From Monocercomonoides exilis PA203 (taxonomy: Eukaryota; Protista; Preaxostyla), in contig LSRY02000021.1 in the NCBI GenBank assembly GCA_001643675.2, forward strand, positions 992,001 through 1,056,000: a stretch of DNA of 64,000 nucleotides, written 5' to 3'. Of the stretch, positions 12,480-25,018 are shown one piece after another; position 1 is the first letter of the stretch; each line of letters starts with the position of its first letter. The position numbers and the translations under genes were made by a program. The notes beneath the pieces were generated by a model, which made no database searches, had not been told where the DNA came from, and worked only from the letters and a program-made list of their open reading frames with translations.

Positions 12480-14746
12480 ATGAAAGATGGAATGCGTTTT
12501 GCAGCAAAGGAAAGAGGGTTTCTTGATTTTTCATTTGTGGGGATGAAATTCAATACAAACACAGCAAAAGTCGGAAACGATATTTTCATCGAATGTTATA
12601 ACATCGAATGATAGATCAATATGTGCAGAGTAAGTGTTCTTTGAGTTTATCATGAAAATATTTTCATCTAATTTAATTTATATTTGATGTTAAAATATCA
12701 AAGCATTTTGTTCAATACACATCGAGAACTTCATCCGGTGGAAGTTACGTATTGCAAGGAGGCAGTTTGATTGGGCCATCATTTGTCAAATCACCATTCG
12801 TGATAGCTTTCTCTGTTTTTATATGAGAGCAACAACTTTTCAATTATTATGAACACAAGAAGTGGTGAAGGAGGTGCTGCGAAAGTGACATTAAAAATGA
12901 CGAAGTTTTGGTTATAAAATCAACAAATGCATCATCCTGCACACTTTCATTTAGCAATGGAAAAGGAGGATTCTTGTGTTTGGATTGTCAAAATTGTTTG
13001 TATCAAAAGCCATTTCTTTTGGAAGGTGTTTCGTTTGCAAACAACAATGCAGCCATTGGAAAGAATGTGTTCATTTTGGGAAAGGATTTCAACAGTTCTG
13101 TGACAAATGACTCATTCAAGTTTGATTATTCATCAATGAAAGGCGATAATAATTTGTTTGTTGGAAGTGATAGTCATTATTTAAACAAAGACTTGTTCAT
13201 GTTTTTGATTCCATTCAGCTCATTTGAGATATTTATTTCATCGAGTGGATTTGATGTTGCACGTTGAGGAAGTGAAGAAGAGCCATGCTTCACAATATGG
13301 AAAGGGATGGAAAACATGGTAAAGAAGGAGTTTGTAAAGATGAGTATTGGTGTTGTGATGATTGTCGACTGTGAGTTTGTAACTGAAATGAGCAAGGAAG
13401 GAATTGGATCTTTTGTGTCTGATGTGTGGGTTTGGAGCATGAAAGGCGGAGAGATGCAGATGGATCGTGTGACAAAAAGAGGGATTGAGTTTTGTGGAGG
13501 AGGGATATTAAGTGTGGAGGGAGGTAGATCGGAGCTGGAGATTATCACAGCAAAGGATGTGAAGAAAGATGGAGAAGGTGTGATTGTTGGGGAGAAGTGG
13601 TCAGAGATGGAAATGAGTGAGATTACGATAAAACGATGAGAGATGAGAATGGGGAGCGGGGTTGTTGCAAAACGAGGAAAGAGATTCAGAGTGTGATACG
13701 ATTAAATGTTCTCAGGGTGCGGATTTAAGGAAGGGAATGGGAGGGAGATGAAGTGTGAGGTGGCAGAAGGCGTGGTGGTTGTTGAGAGCAGCACATTTGA
13801 AGGATTCTCGGCAAGAAAGAATGAAGAAAAAGGAGGAGAGATTTTCATAAATGCTGTTGGAGAGAGCTGTTAAAATTGCTTTGAAGTCTAGGGGTGTGTT
13901 AATGAAAGGAGCAGGGCAAGTGAAGGGAAAGACGTGTATGTGGTGTGTGAGGATTCATAAGCAATAATTTTTCCGAAACGGTTTGAGATAGAGCTTGTGG
14001 GCAAGGATGGGAAGGACAAAGTGGAGCTGTGAGGGAGGGACAATGGAAGATTTGCAAGGGAGAGTGTTGGTTTGCTTCTGTTTCTGATGAAGTTCAGCGG
14101 AGATGATGTGCATGTGTCGGAAGGGAGTGGGATGGATGTTCTGGGGTTTGGGAAAGAGGAGATTGCATGTGAGACGCTTTGGTGTGGGATTGGGCATCCG
14201 AAGGAAGAGAGTGGGCAAGAAGAGCAGAAGGTTGTGGTGAGCGACAGATGTGTGGTGAGTGACTGTTTTGTGTTTGAGCGAAGAACAATGATATGTAGGC
14301 CTGATACAGAAAAAGCAAAGCAGGCGAAGATGCATGTTGAATCGGAGCTGAAGAGTGATGGATGTGAAGCTGTAACGTGAAGAAGTGAGTGCCTGAGTGT
14401 GAGGATGTTTGTGATAAGTCTTCTGCAGGTGTTTGGAACTGGGCAAAGCATGGTTCTGGGAACAGAAGGCGGGGTGGTGAATGTTTCGAATGTGGGGTTT
14501 TAGTGGAGAGAGAGCGGGGTTGTTGGATACAGGATTGTGAGCACGTTGACGGGGATGCTGAATGTGCAGAACTGCTCTGTCAGGGAAGCAACGTTTGAGA
14601 ATGCGCCATTTGCTGTGCATTCATGTGTGGTTGTGGAGAGCTTGGAGGCGGATGGAGTTACAAGTGAGGGGAGCAGATCAGAGGGAGTGATGGAGATTGA
14701 GCTGAGTAGAGAAGAGAAGGCTATGTTGAGAATTGCAAGTGCTTAA
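12480..14746 (+). pseudogene. Mosaic of degenerate Cys-rich receptor-family fragments
   Basis: Motifs GKGGFLCLDC, GKNVFILG, R*GSEEEPCFT and GKDVYVVC, with many stops and frameshifts. Confidence 0.7.
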
Positions 14747-15349
14747 GGATGATGTTGATCTGTGAATGAAAAAAGAGTGTATGTATATGTGTGTGGAAGT
14801 TTGAGAAATTAAAACAGTTTCAGGAGAGGAACATCAAAGAACAATGTTTAAAGGAGAACCGACTTGAGTTCACATTTGTGAAATGAACAGTGGATGAAAG
14901 TTGTGTAATAACAATCTGGGTTATTTGAGGAAGGGTGTGGAGATGGAGAGTGAAGTGGAAACCGGTGAAAAGGAACTTGAAAAGAAAAAAGGAGAGTGAA
15001 GCTTGTGAAGTGTTACGATGAGGCGAAACTTAATACAATTAATAGTGAGATGATATTTTTGTGAAGCACTTGAATAACAAACTCTTTAATTAAGAAACAA
15101 CAATTTTTTGTCGATTATGAAATAAATGTGATTTTGTAAGAAGAAACAATCTGTTTTGATATTTCAAAATCGAAATTCAAAGATAATCAATGAATGTCAT
15201 TTCATTAACGCAATTCCTACGCTTGAGAATAACCTTTTCATTTATATCGATTATGTTCATGAAAAGCAAAGGAATTTCTTTTTTATCTTGTATTGTTATG
15301 TTGTGTCATTGTCAAAAAGTGAAGTGAAATGGTGTTGTGATAAATTTAT

Positions 15350-16891
15350 CTACAAACTAATAGGAGATTGCTCGGTTCCAATATTTGTTGATTTAATAAA
15401 ACTTCGAAGTATTTTTCGATTATGAATTGCATTTGTTTTATCTTTTTTTTTTTTCTTCATTTCTTCAATCTTTCTCTCCTTTTTTTCACAAAACTTTATG
15501 GTTTCAAACTCCATCGTTTTCAACTGTTGGCTATCGTTATTTTTCAGAAATCTTCCGTCACATGATCTATATCTTATCTTTTTCTTCTTTCTTGCAGTAT
15601 TGCAATCTGAGTCTGATGAGTATATATCATCTCCAGTTTCAACTTTTGTTTCTGTTTCTTTCTCTTCTTTCTCTTCTTTCTCTTCTTTCTCTTCTTTTTC
15701 TTCTTTTTCTTCTTTCTTTTCTTCTTCTTCTTCCTCTTCTTTATCTTCAATTTTTCTTCTTTTGAAATTTTCTGTTTCATTTGTTTCAATCAATTTCTTT
15801 GATAATCTTTTTTTCTTTAACATTTCATCAAGTTCATTTTCATCAACCATTTCATAATTTCTTCTTTTTTTCATTTCCTCTTTTTTCAAATAATAAGAAG
15901 ACAATTTGAATTTTCTTTCTTTATTCAAAACACTTATCATATTTGCAGCACTTTCGTCATTGGCACGTAAAAAAACATCCAAACTTCTCTTATCAATCTT
16001 TGATAATTATTTCATGAAAGTTGTTGGAGTCAGTCTATTGTTATATCGATACTGAAACTCATAGTCATATTCCTTTGTCTTTAAATATGTTCTCCCTCGT
16101 TTTGGAATATGATTTTTCAGATGAGACCATATGCTTTCAATTGCTTGTGTGAAAACAGTTGGATTTTCCGGTTTGACAAAATTAAGAGTTTGATTTACGC
16201 TGTCTATTGTGAAACCATTTTCACTGATGCAATTATATGCTGACCATTTATCAGACATGATCGTTGCTGATCTTTCAATGTTTTTTTTAACGAAATATAA
16301 AATCGTGTCTGCTTTTCTATCAGGAAGAAATTCAACAATCAGTTTTTGAGGCTTTCCTTTTTCCTTTCTTTCAATAACACCCCATAACCACTGCTGTTCT
16401 TTGCATCTCCCAACACCGTTCTTTCTTTTGTGTATTAAAGTTTCATCTATTTCCACTATTCGATCTTTTCCGATTTTTTCCATTTCGAATGTTTCAAAAT
16501 AACAGCATATTCTTCTCATCTTTTCATTAAATTTCACAACAGTTTTGTTTGTAATATTCAGCTCTAAAGTGACTTCCTTTATTGAATGCTTGTACCAAAA
16601 ATGATATAATAGAGATGCAATTTTCAAAGGTGATAAGTGAAATTCCATGAATATTGAATCATAACACCAACTGAAAATTCTTCCACATTTTGAACATCTG
16701 TATGCATAGTAATCAATTTCTTTTTTGTACAGCTTCAGCTCCATCTTTCTGTCGCATTTCCAACATTTCCTATATTGTCTGATCAATCAGTATTTAGATA
16801 GCAATTCAACTGCAAGATGGTTTTTGTTGTTCGATCGAATAGTAAACTCACTGAAAGTTAATTCTTTTTCCAATAATTCGTTCTCACTCAT
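15350..16891 (-). pseudogene. Merlin/IS1595 DDE transposase B (514 codons, two in-frame stops)
   Basis: ATG at 16891; CWKC...CSKC; VEIDET, IMSDKWSAY, TQAIESIWS and YEFQYRYN motifs. Stops at 16787-16789 (TGA) and 16007-16009 (TAA). ORF 15350-15982 is the in-frame K/E-rich tail ending QSPISL*. Confidence 0.93.
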
Positions 16892-17514
16892 GTATTTGAT
16901 TAAATAGTTCTGCAAATGATCAAAAATTTAAAATTTTGGATATTTATAATGGAAAATTTTCAAAAAAAAACATGCATTTGGAATTTGATTTTTCACTTCT
17001 TTTTGACATAAAAAGCAAATATTTTTTTTTAAATAATTTGCATAATTTTTTTCATGGTCTCATTACGAAAAAACAAAAATAAATAATAAAAAATAAACAT
17101 GATCACAGCATTGTCTTTTTTTATAAGAACAATGAGCGCACAATTACAAAAGGTTAATCATGTGTTATTATTTTGTTCATTAATAAAAAAGTTTGGATTT
17201 GTTTTCCATTTTGTTTAATTTCAATTGTTTGCTCATCACTGCACTCATTTTTTTCCAAACATATAAAAACACATTAGAATCATATTTTCTTTTGTTTCAT
17301 ATTATCATTCTGGTCTTTCTCCTAAAGAATTGTTTGGAAAGAATATTTTCTTCTCAACATTTTTCCATCCGCACTCCACACATATGATAATACTCGAGTT
17401 ATGCATTCTTCCTTTAAGTCTCTGTTTTAACTGTTATCGCGAATCATCATGAAAAGAATTGTGCCCGATGGAATGCTCTTGAATCATACCCGATTCACAT
17501 CCATCATCATATCC

Positions 17515-18600
17515 CTAACTTCCACATTCGGTGTGTGCTCTCCACAACTTTCTTAACTCCACAACCGCACTCTCTCCATTTTGAATCTTATCTCCCGCCA
17601 CCTCTGCCTCATACTCCCCAAACGGAATATTCAGTGTCAGACACTCCCACAGCATCATCCCAATCGAGAATGAAACAGATTCTTTTGTTGCTCCCATCTT
17701 CTTGTTCATCAGCAACTCTGGAGCCTTCCACCTCAAACACTCTTTTCTGTTGTATTCATCATCATCAAATGCTGAAGAAGGAAGGGAGTCCTCTTCATCA
17801 TCATCACTGGCAGATGTCACAACAGTCGATGAAGAGATGGACGATGAATCGGAATCATCAGAAGAGAAGTCTGAATGCATAACAATGCAGATGACCATAT
17901 GTTCCGAGAACAGAACAATGTGCGGACTCAGATTGGAAAGAGAAGAAAGTGGATTTTCCATTTCATCAAATGAATGAAGTGCTCCATTCGCCACCCAAAA
18001 CAGAATCTGTGCAGCTGTCATCTCTCTTTCTTTCAAAGAGCCAATCGCCATCTCCTTTTTCTCATTCCTTCCATGAAGCAGCATGAACATCGAATCCCTC
18101 AGATCCACAATCAGCTTCTCATGAGGCGATGAACAGGCCATTGGATCCACCAGATTCGACATCGACGAAGTGGTGGGGCACGTATCCTCTCCTCGAACAA
18201 ATGTTGAATCTGAATCAGTTGTTGAAGTGGATGAGATGGATGGTGACGGTGTTCGCTTTCTTGTATCTTCTTCCTTCTCATCAGCTTTCTCCAGTGCCCA
18301 TTCTGGAATCTTGTCAGAATCTCTCCCCAAAATATATTCTGTGGAGCCATTTTCACTCAACAAATACTCTTCTGACTCAGAATACTGCATCTCCTTTCCA
18401 TTCATTCTCTTTTTGATCCTCTCCTCATTCTTCTTTTCTGCTTCCCTCTCTGCTCTCCTCCACTGATCTTCAGGAGACATTTCCATCGTTATCATTTCAA
18501 ATGCCTTCGGGTCCTTCTTTACTGTGTCATTTACAATCTCTCTCAGATCTTTGTTCTCTTTCTTTGCTTTTCTCCATCGAATGGTCACAATAATTGTGTA
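17515..18600 (-). pseudogene. Cytoplasmic C-terminal fragment of the receptor family with a degenerate tyrosine-kinase-like domain
   Basis: Begins at a post-TM basic patch (IRWRKAKK). LRWKAPELL...SVSFSIGMMLWECLTLNIPF matches kinase subdomains VIII-IX. No HRD, DFG or Gly-loop is present. Confidence 0.75.
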
Positions 18601-18621
18601 GTTCTGATGAATTGTAATAAA

Positions 18622-18867
18622 TCAAATCAGATCTGTATCATTTGTGCTATTGCACAAATCCCTTCCATTTATTGCATCACTGCGATTGTAATTGTTTTCT
18701 AGAAAATCAAACTGAAATTGTTTTTCATTGATCTGTGATGCGATGTTGAAGCATTCGATGAAAATATCATTCCCGACTCTTGCAGTGTTTGCACTGAATT
18801 TCATCCCCACAAATGAAAAATCAAGAAACCCTCTTTCCTTTGCTGCAAAACGCATTCCATCTTTCAT
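18622..18867 (-). pseudogene. Short Cys-rich receptor-family fragment spanning the inner boundary of the right arm
   Basis: FSANTARVGNDIFIEC...QFQFDF motif; paralogous to 12480-12620. Confidence 0.7.
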
Positions 18868-19585
18868 ATTTGTGCAGTAGTTGTTGCTTCTATAAATATC
18901 TTCTTGTAATTAACATACTGCATTGATTCAGTAAAAAATAAATAAATAAATGACGCAATTCGTAAAAAATATTCTATAAATAAGTTAATTAATATGAAAT
19001 TCATACTTTCATGGCATCAACAAAGCTTCTTTATTCATGATCATCATTGTGTAACATAAACATCCTCAAACTGCACAAAAATTTTCATATTAAAAATCAT
19101 AATCAAAATACATAAAGATTTGAATGATATATAGATAATTATTCATCACACACTTTAAAACTGTATTCATATATATGATTTGTTATATGTTCGCAAACGA
19201 AGGTTCAATTCTTGATGAAAGAAAGCAAATTCTAATTTTTTGGTTATTAAAAATATAATTGTGGGGTTGATCAAAATATTAAAATTTTATAATTTATTTT
19301 TAAAATGTTTTATTTTTTGAAAAATCATAAATAAAATAAGAGTATATAATAATAAATGACCTCTCAGCTGCTTGATATTTTAAAATTATCAATTTTTATC
19401 AAAAATTTGTAAAATTACTCAGATTTATGGGTGATTTTTAAAAATTGTTTTTTCTCAAGGATCAAAATGAATATCAAAATTCCAGTCCATACAAATGTTT
19501 TGTTATTAAATATACTTTATATTTATCACAATGTTTTAAAGAATATCCAAGGATTGGGAATGTGCTATAAATACACCTTTGCCTG

Positions 19586-21271
19586 TTATAGTGAAATTGG
19601 GAATTGTTGCGTTCCTTTGTTTAATGCATTTGTTTGACTTCTCAAAGTTTTTTGATTCATTATTGAAAACAACTTTTTCTTTTCTTTTTTCTTTATCTCA
19701 CTAATTTTATTTTCTTTTTTTTCGCAAAAACTTTCTGTTTCTTTTTCTAAATTTGATGCAAGTTGGTTTTCATCTTTTTTGCAAAATCTTCCATTGCTTG
19801 ACCTTTTTCTTTTTATTTTTCTTTTCCGTGGTTTTTAATCATTCACATCAAATTCAAGAAGATCCTCATAACAGTCATCTGTTTTTTGTTCATCATTTTC
19901 ATCCATTTCGCTGTTTTCCTCAGTATTTTGAAGCTTTGGAATGACGGCACTGCTTTAGCCTGATTCATCATTTTTTTCTTGTTTTTTGTTTTGTGTATTT
20001 TCATTTTCCTTATCATTTCTCTCCTTTTCTTCATCTTCTTTATCATCGAATAAATTGGAATGATTATCGTCGTTTGATATGTCATCTTTAGCATCATTGC
20101 GTTCATCATCAGATTCGTCGATTAATCTTCTTTTCCCCTTTTCAGTAATCACTTTGGATCCTATTTTTTGTAATTTTTTCTTCTCCTTAAAGAAAGCATC
20201 AAGCTCGTTTTCATCCAATAATGTTGCATCTTCATCTTTTTTCTTCTTTTCTTCTTTTCTCAGAATGTATGATGATAATTTGAACTTTTTTTCTTTTGTT
20301 AATGCCGTTTTCGTTTTAATTTCACATTTATTATAAGACTCCATGTAATTATCAAAGTCCCTTTTTTTTATTTTAGAAATATCATCGAGAAAACTGTGAA
20401 CTGTTCCTTTATTATTAAATCTGTACTGAAATTCGTAGGTATATTCTTTTGTTTTCTCATAGGTTCTTCCTCTGATTGGGAGAAGATGTTTTAAATGCGA
20501 CCACATGCTTTCTATAGTTTGTGAATGAATTGTTTTGTCAGCTGGATCAGAAAAATGCTCTGAATGATTAATACTGTAATGCGTATATCCACATCGCTTT
20601 ATTCCACTATAAGCAGACCATTTGTCACTGTAAATTTCCGAAGATATATCAATGTTTTTCTAAATGAAATATAACAATGTTTCTTCTGTTCTATCTGGTA
20701 CAAATTCAAGTTTTAATTTTTGCGGCTTTCCTTCCACTTTTCTTTCAACTGCTCCCCACAGCCACTGCTGTTCTTTAACTCTTCCCACCCCATTTTTTCT
20801 TTTGTGAATCAGTGTTTCATCCATTTCAACTTTTCTGTTTTTTCCTATTTTTTCGGTATCAAGCGCTTCAAGATAACAGCAGATATTACGTAATCTTTTG
20901 AAAAAGCTTAAGACTGTGTTCTATGATAGTTTTGTTTTTATCACAACCTCATTCACAGAATGTTTGTACCAAAAGTGATAAAACAGTGTCATGACGTAGT
21001 AAGGCGATAAATTGAAATCCATAAACAAAGATTCATGATTCCAACTGTAAAGTTTTCCACACGACGAACATTTAAAAGTGTAATAGTCGCATTCGGGTTT
21101 TTTCATTGTCAGATTCATCTCTTTTTCGCATTTCCAGCATTTGAATGACTTTTTAATGCATCCCATCGATGACAAAATATCTAGAGCTAATTTGTTATTT
21201 CCATTTGACATAATAAGAAATTCACAAAAAGTTAATTTTTGAATATCTTCTTTGTTATATTGAGTCTCCAT
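19586..21271 (-). pseudogene. Merlin transposase A, mirrored copy
   Basis: Reverse complement of 10076-11761. It shares the nonsense codons but lacks the two homopolymer frameshifts. Confidence 0.92.
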
Positions 21272-21799
21272 GTGACAGAATTTGTATAAAATATTTTTCA
21301 ATTTAAATTTTGATAATCAAGTTATGGGAATATTTTTTGTTACAAATATCAAAACTGCTTTGAAAATATTAATTTTTCATTGAAAACATTTATCTTCTAT
21401 TAATTATTTTCTCAATATAATAATTAAAAAAATTTATATGTCTTCAAAATAATACAATACTAGATGAGAAATCATTTAAATTATCAAATAAAGTTATTGT
21501 ATTGCGATAAACAATTAGAAAAAATGTTAATTGTAATTTCTGCAAAGTGAAAAAGTCTCAGTAAATAATTTTAAACGTTTATGACTTTCATCTATATATT
21601 TTCTTCACTCATTGTTATTCCACCTTCTGGTGAATTAGAGATTGCTGTGTATTTCATCAAAACAGAACTCTTCACAACATCCACAACAGATCCATCCCAT
21701 TTGTACATCTCTTCCTTTATCCTCATTTACATGCTTTCCTTCTTTTTCATCTCCTTCCTCTCCATCAAACACATACGATCCAATCAGCACATCCACGCA

Positions 21800-24700
21800 C
21801 TAACATATCCTTATCATCCTTCCTCTCTTGATTGTGCTCCGGCATTTCACAAAGGAACAGTTCAGCACACACAACCCCCTATCAGCTCCATCCATCTTCA
21901 TCACGCTTCCTTCATTAGCCACTGACATATTCTCAAACTTCATTTCCTTCATCTCTGCCTTCGCTTTTCCCCCAACTCTCACAACTTCTCCCTCACACTC
22001 GATATTCAATATTCGTGTCTCAGCAATTGACACACAAGATTCTCCACAGAATGACAGAAGTTGCACAGCTGAATGAATTCCACTGAACAACGTTTCGCTC
22101 ATCTTCATCTCTCCTCTCTCCACATGAAGAATCATGCTCTTCATCACAAGATCCATTGCTGACGAGCTGAAAAAGCAATCTGAAATCTCCAATCTCCCAT
22201 CCTTCTCTTTCAAAGCACTCTCCTCAACCCCTTCAAATGCCTCTCCAAACACAAACAAACACTTCTCCATCACACTCTCATTCACAAACACAATCACAGC
22301 CCCTTCATTTCCCATCTCTTGAATTGTTGCATTGTAATGGACTGTCGCCTTCATCTTCTTCATTGACTTCACACTCAAATCTCCAATCACACATTCTCCT
22401 CCAATGTCCCCTTCTCCATCAATAAAAATCACATTCATGATCCCCTTTTGAATGTGAGGCACTCCGTGGCTGATGCTTTTGCATGGATTCGTCTGCTCTC
22501 CACACTGTCTGATATCCCTCCCATTCGCTTCCACAAACACCTGCTGGCCATAATAGAATGTGATCAGCGGGATCAGATCAATATCTCTTTTCTCTTCGTC
22601 GCTTCCACAAATCGAGTTGTTCGACTTCAGAGCATCCTGGCTGAAGTCCAGCGAGAACAGCTTCTCATTGATCTGCTTTTCAATCCACTTGCACCGGATG
22701 AACACATCCTTCCCCACAAATGCATCATTCATTGTGAATCTGGTGCTCTCAATCATTATCCCCAAAGGCGGTGTATCCTCTGTTCCTTCTTGTGTTTCAC
22801 CCAGGCCAGATGCATCAATCATCAGCCCTCCTCCTCTCCCCTTCACTGTGGAACAAATGCACATCCCAAACGAACAGCCACTCACTTTCAGCTCACTTCC
22901 TCCACTCCTCAAACTCACTTTCATCCATCCTCCCTCTTCGCTCTTCTCGCTCAGACACTTTGTCGTCACACACTTTTCCACACAGCACTTCATTCCACCA
23001 TCAAATGAGTCACCATTCAGAATTGCAGCTCTGCTATCATTGCATGTGATGCTTGTGAATGATGAGCTGTTGATGCTCAGCAACATCACTCCATCTCCAT
23101 TCTCTTTGCCTCTCAGCATCGTTGCTCCTTTCAATAAGCTTGCTAATGAGAGAGCAGATTCACTGAGCGAAATCAGACTCCTTCCCGAAATGCTTGTGTT
23201 GGTGATTGACAGATTCATCACGTCTGCCACTTTCACATCTGAAGACAATTCCACAAAACCTTGTGAAAAATGGAATTCTTTCAGAGCACAATCTTCAATT
23301 GTCACACTCCCTCCATCCACTTTCACCAAGCAGAAACACGTTTCTTTTAAAGGATCCTCACAAGCAAATGAACAGCTTTTCACAGAAAGGGCACCATTCA
23401 TTGATGATGATTTGAGGAATGCCAGATAGTGGACAAGCACATTTGGGAGAGAAAATGAAACATTCACAAATGAGAGGATCACTTCTGAAGCAACCATTGC
23501 CTCTCTATTTTCTCCTTCTTCTTTGCCTTCGTTTCTTCCTCCCTCACTCACTTTCAGAACTGTTCCTTCTTTCTCTCCCTCAATTGATACAACTGAAGTT
23601 TTTGAAGATGATGATAACAAAAATGATATTGCTTTTTGAACAGAACCTGATCCCACAATCTTGATGTGTGATTCCCCTTCTCCAAGTGGTTCGTATCTCA
23701 GTAAGACAAGATGATCAATCGACGAACATGGTGCTTCTGAATATCCACACCCACTGAAGTCTCCTCCTTTCTCTTTCGAAGCAAACCCATTTCCGCTCCA
23801 ATTACCCCACAAATACACAACCAATGGAATCACATACCCCTCCTCTCCTGTCGTCTTCCTCTCCCATCCACACAACTCATCCAATAAATCCAACTCCTCA
23901 TCATTCATTTCCCATTTCAGGTGCTCCTTGTTCACAATTTCTCTCAGATTCCATCCTGACGCAAACATATTCTTCCCTTTCCAGGCATTGCATCCCTCAA
24001 ATTCCATCCCTTCCATCACAAATGTTCCCATCTCATCTGCCAGCTTCACAAATATCCCTCCTCCAATTCCTCTTCCTCTCTCTTCCTTATCCTCTGATGG
24101 CACTTCACACCCTGAATATTTCACATTTTTCATTTCCAAGTTCCCCACATTCCCCACTGATATCATCATCCCTCCTCCTTTCATCCCATTTCCACCTGAG
24201 CATCTTGATGAGAAATTGCTTTCTTCAATATTCACATTTCCTCCTTCCTTCATCTCCACATTCAAACATCCTCCTCCACTCCCACTTCCTCCAGTCATTT
24301 CCACTCCACTCACTCTGCTGTTCAAAATCTCCATTTGAGCTCCATTTGTCAGCGTTATTGGAGATTTCCCATTCATTGTCACTGACCCTTCGATCACAAA
24401 TCCATTCATAATTAATTCTCCTCCTGCCATATCAATGATGCTGTATCCTATCTTTCCATCAGTCATTGCCCCACTCTCAAATAAGACTGAACAGTTCGTC
24501 ACACTGAGAGTTGACGTTGAGTGAATGAATGCACTTCTTCTTGAATTCATCTGTCCTTTCACAACAAATGAAAGTCTCTTCATTGTCAGAAGACCCGAAC
24601 ATCCAACAAGCCAATCTTGTGTGTGAGACCCTCCATCATTCTCTTCCACACTTCCTCCAATTGCATCCACAAATACACAATCAAATCCATTGTTCACTCC

Positions 24701-25018
24701 TGCTTCTGAATGGAATGAACATTCACTTATCACCAAATCTCCTCCTTTGTTTGAAACAATTTCTTTGGCTGAGTTCTCAAATCCCGAGGCAAGTTGAAGT
24801 TGGATGTTGGTTAATTCAAGATGATCATCATTCACCATGAAATATTCCGGTTGGCTTCCAATTGATTTTTCAAAATTCAATATTGCCTTCACATTCTCTT
24901 CTCCCATCTTCGAATCCTTTTTGATTAAATAATTGGACACATTGAATGAATCTCTTATAATGGTTGATCCTTCAATCTGAATTGTCTTCATTCCACTTTC
25001 CTTTTCCATGTTTTCCAT
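21800..25018 (-). CDS. 1072-aa Cys-rich receptor-family fragment (cargo, copy 2)
   Basis: Translation is identical to 6329-9547. Confidence 0.7.
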   Translation of the reverse strand: MENMEKESGMKTIQIEGSTIIRDSFNVSNYLIKKDSKMGEENVKAILNFEKSIGSQPEYFMVNDDHLELTNIQLQLASGFENSAKEIVSNKGGDLVISECSFHSEAGVNNGFDCVFVDAIGGSVEENDGGSHTQDWLVGCSGLLTMKRLSFVVKGQMNSRRSAFIHSTSTLSVTNCSVLFESGAMTDGKIGYSIIDMAGGELIMNGFVIEGSVTMNGKSPITLTNGAQMEILNSRVSGVEMTGGSGSGGGCLNVEMKEGGNVNIEESNFSSRCSGGNGMKGGGMMISVGNVGNLEMKNVKYSGCEVPSEDKEERGRGIGGGIFVKLADEMGTFVMEGMEFEGCNAWKGKNMFASGWNLREIVNKEHLKWEMNDEELDLLDELCGWERKTTGEEGYVIPLVVYLWGNWSGNGFASKEKGGDFSGCGYSEAPCSSIDHLVLLRYEPLGEGESHIKIVGSGSVQKAISFLLSSSSKTSVVSIEGEKEGTVLKVSEGGRNEGKEEGENREAMVASEVILSFVNVSFSLPNVLVHYLAFLKSSSMNGALSVKSCSFACEDPLKETCFCLVKVDGGSVTIEDCALKEFHFSQGFVELSSDVKVADVMNLSITNTSISGRSLISLSESALSLASLLKGATMLRGKENGDGVMLLSINSSSFTSITCNDSRAAILNGDSFDGGMKCCVEKCVTTKCLSEKSEEGGWMKVSLRSGGSELKVSGCSFGMCICSTVKGRGGGLMIDASGLGETQEGTEDTPPLGIMIESTRFTMNDAFVGKDVFIRCKWIEKQINEKLFSLDFSQDALKSNNSICGSDEEKRDIDLIPLITFYYGQQVFVEANGRDIRQCGEQTNPCKSISHGVPHIQKGIMNVIFIDGEGDIGGECVIGDLSVKSMKKMKATVHYNATIQEMGNEGAVIVFVNESVMEKCLFVFGEAFEGVEESALKEKDGRLEISDCFFSSSAMDLVMKSMILHVERGEMKMSETLFSGIHSAVQLLSFCGESCVSIAETRILNIECEGEVVRVGGKAKAEMKEMKFENMSVANEGSVMKMDGADRGLCVLNCSFVKCRSTIKRGRMIRIC

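Larger units (their letters stand above)
5450..12552 (+). repeat. Left arm of 7.1-kb inverted repeat
   Basis: Reverse complement of 18795-25897. Mirrored ORFs have identical translations; the only differences I noticed are two homopolymer indels (~10271 and ~10980). Confidence 0.97.
11764..19583. mobile_element. Nested inner Merlin element (7.8 kb) carrying transposase B and host-gene fragments
   Basis: End ggcaaaggtgta at 11764 is mirrored as tacacctttgcc at 19583. The subterminal motif acccataa lies 151 bp inside, exactly as in the ends at 5450 and 26744. It begins 2 bp after the transposase A stop codon. Confidence 0.75.
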
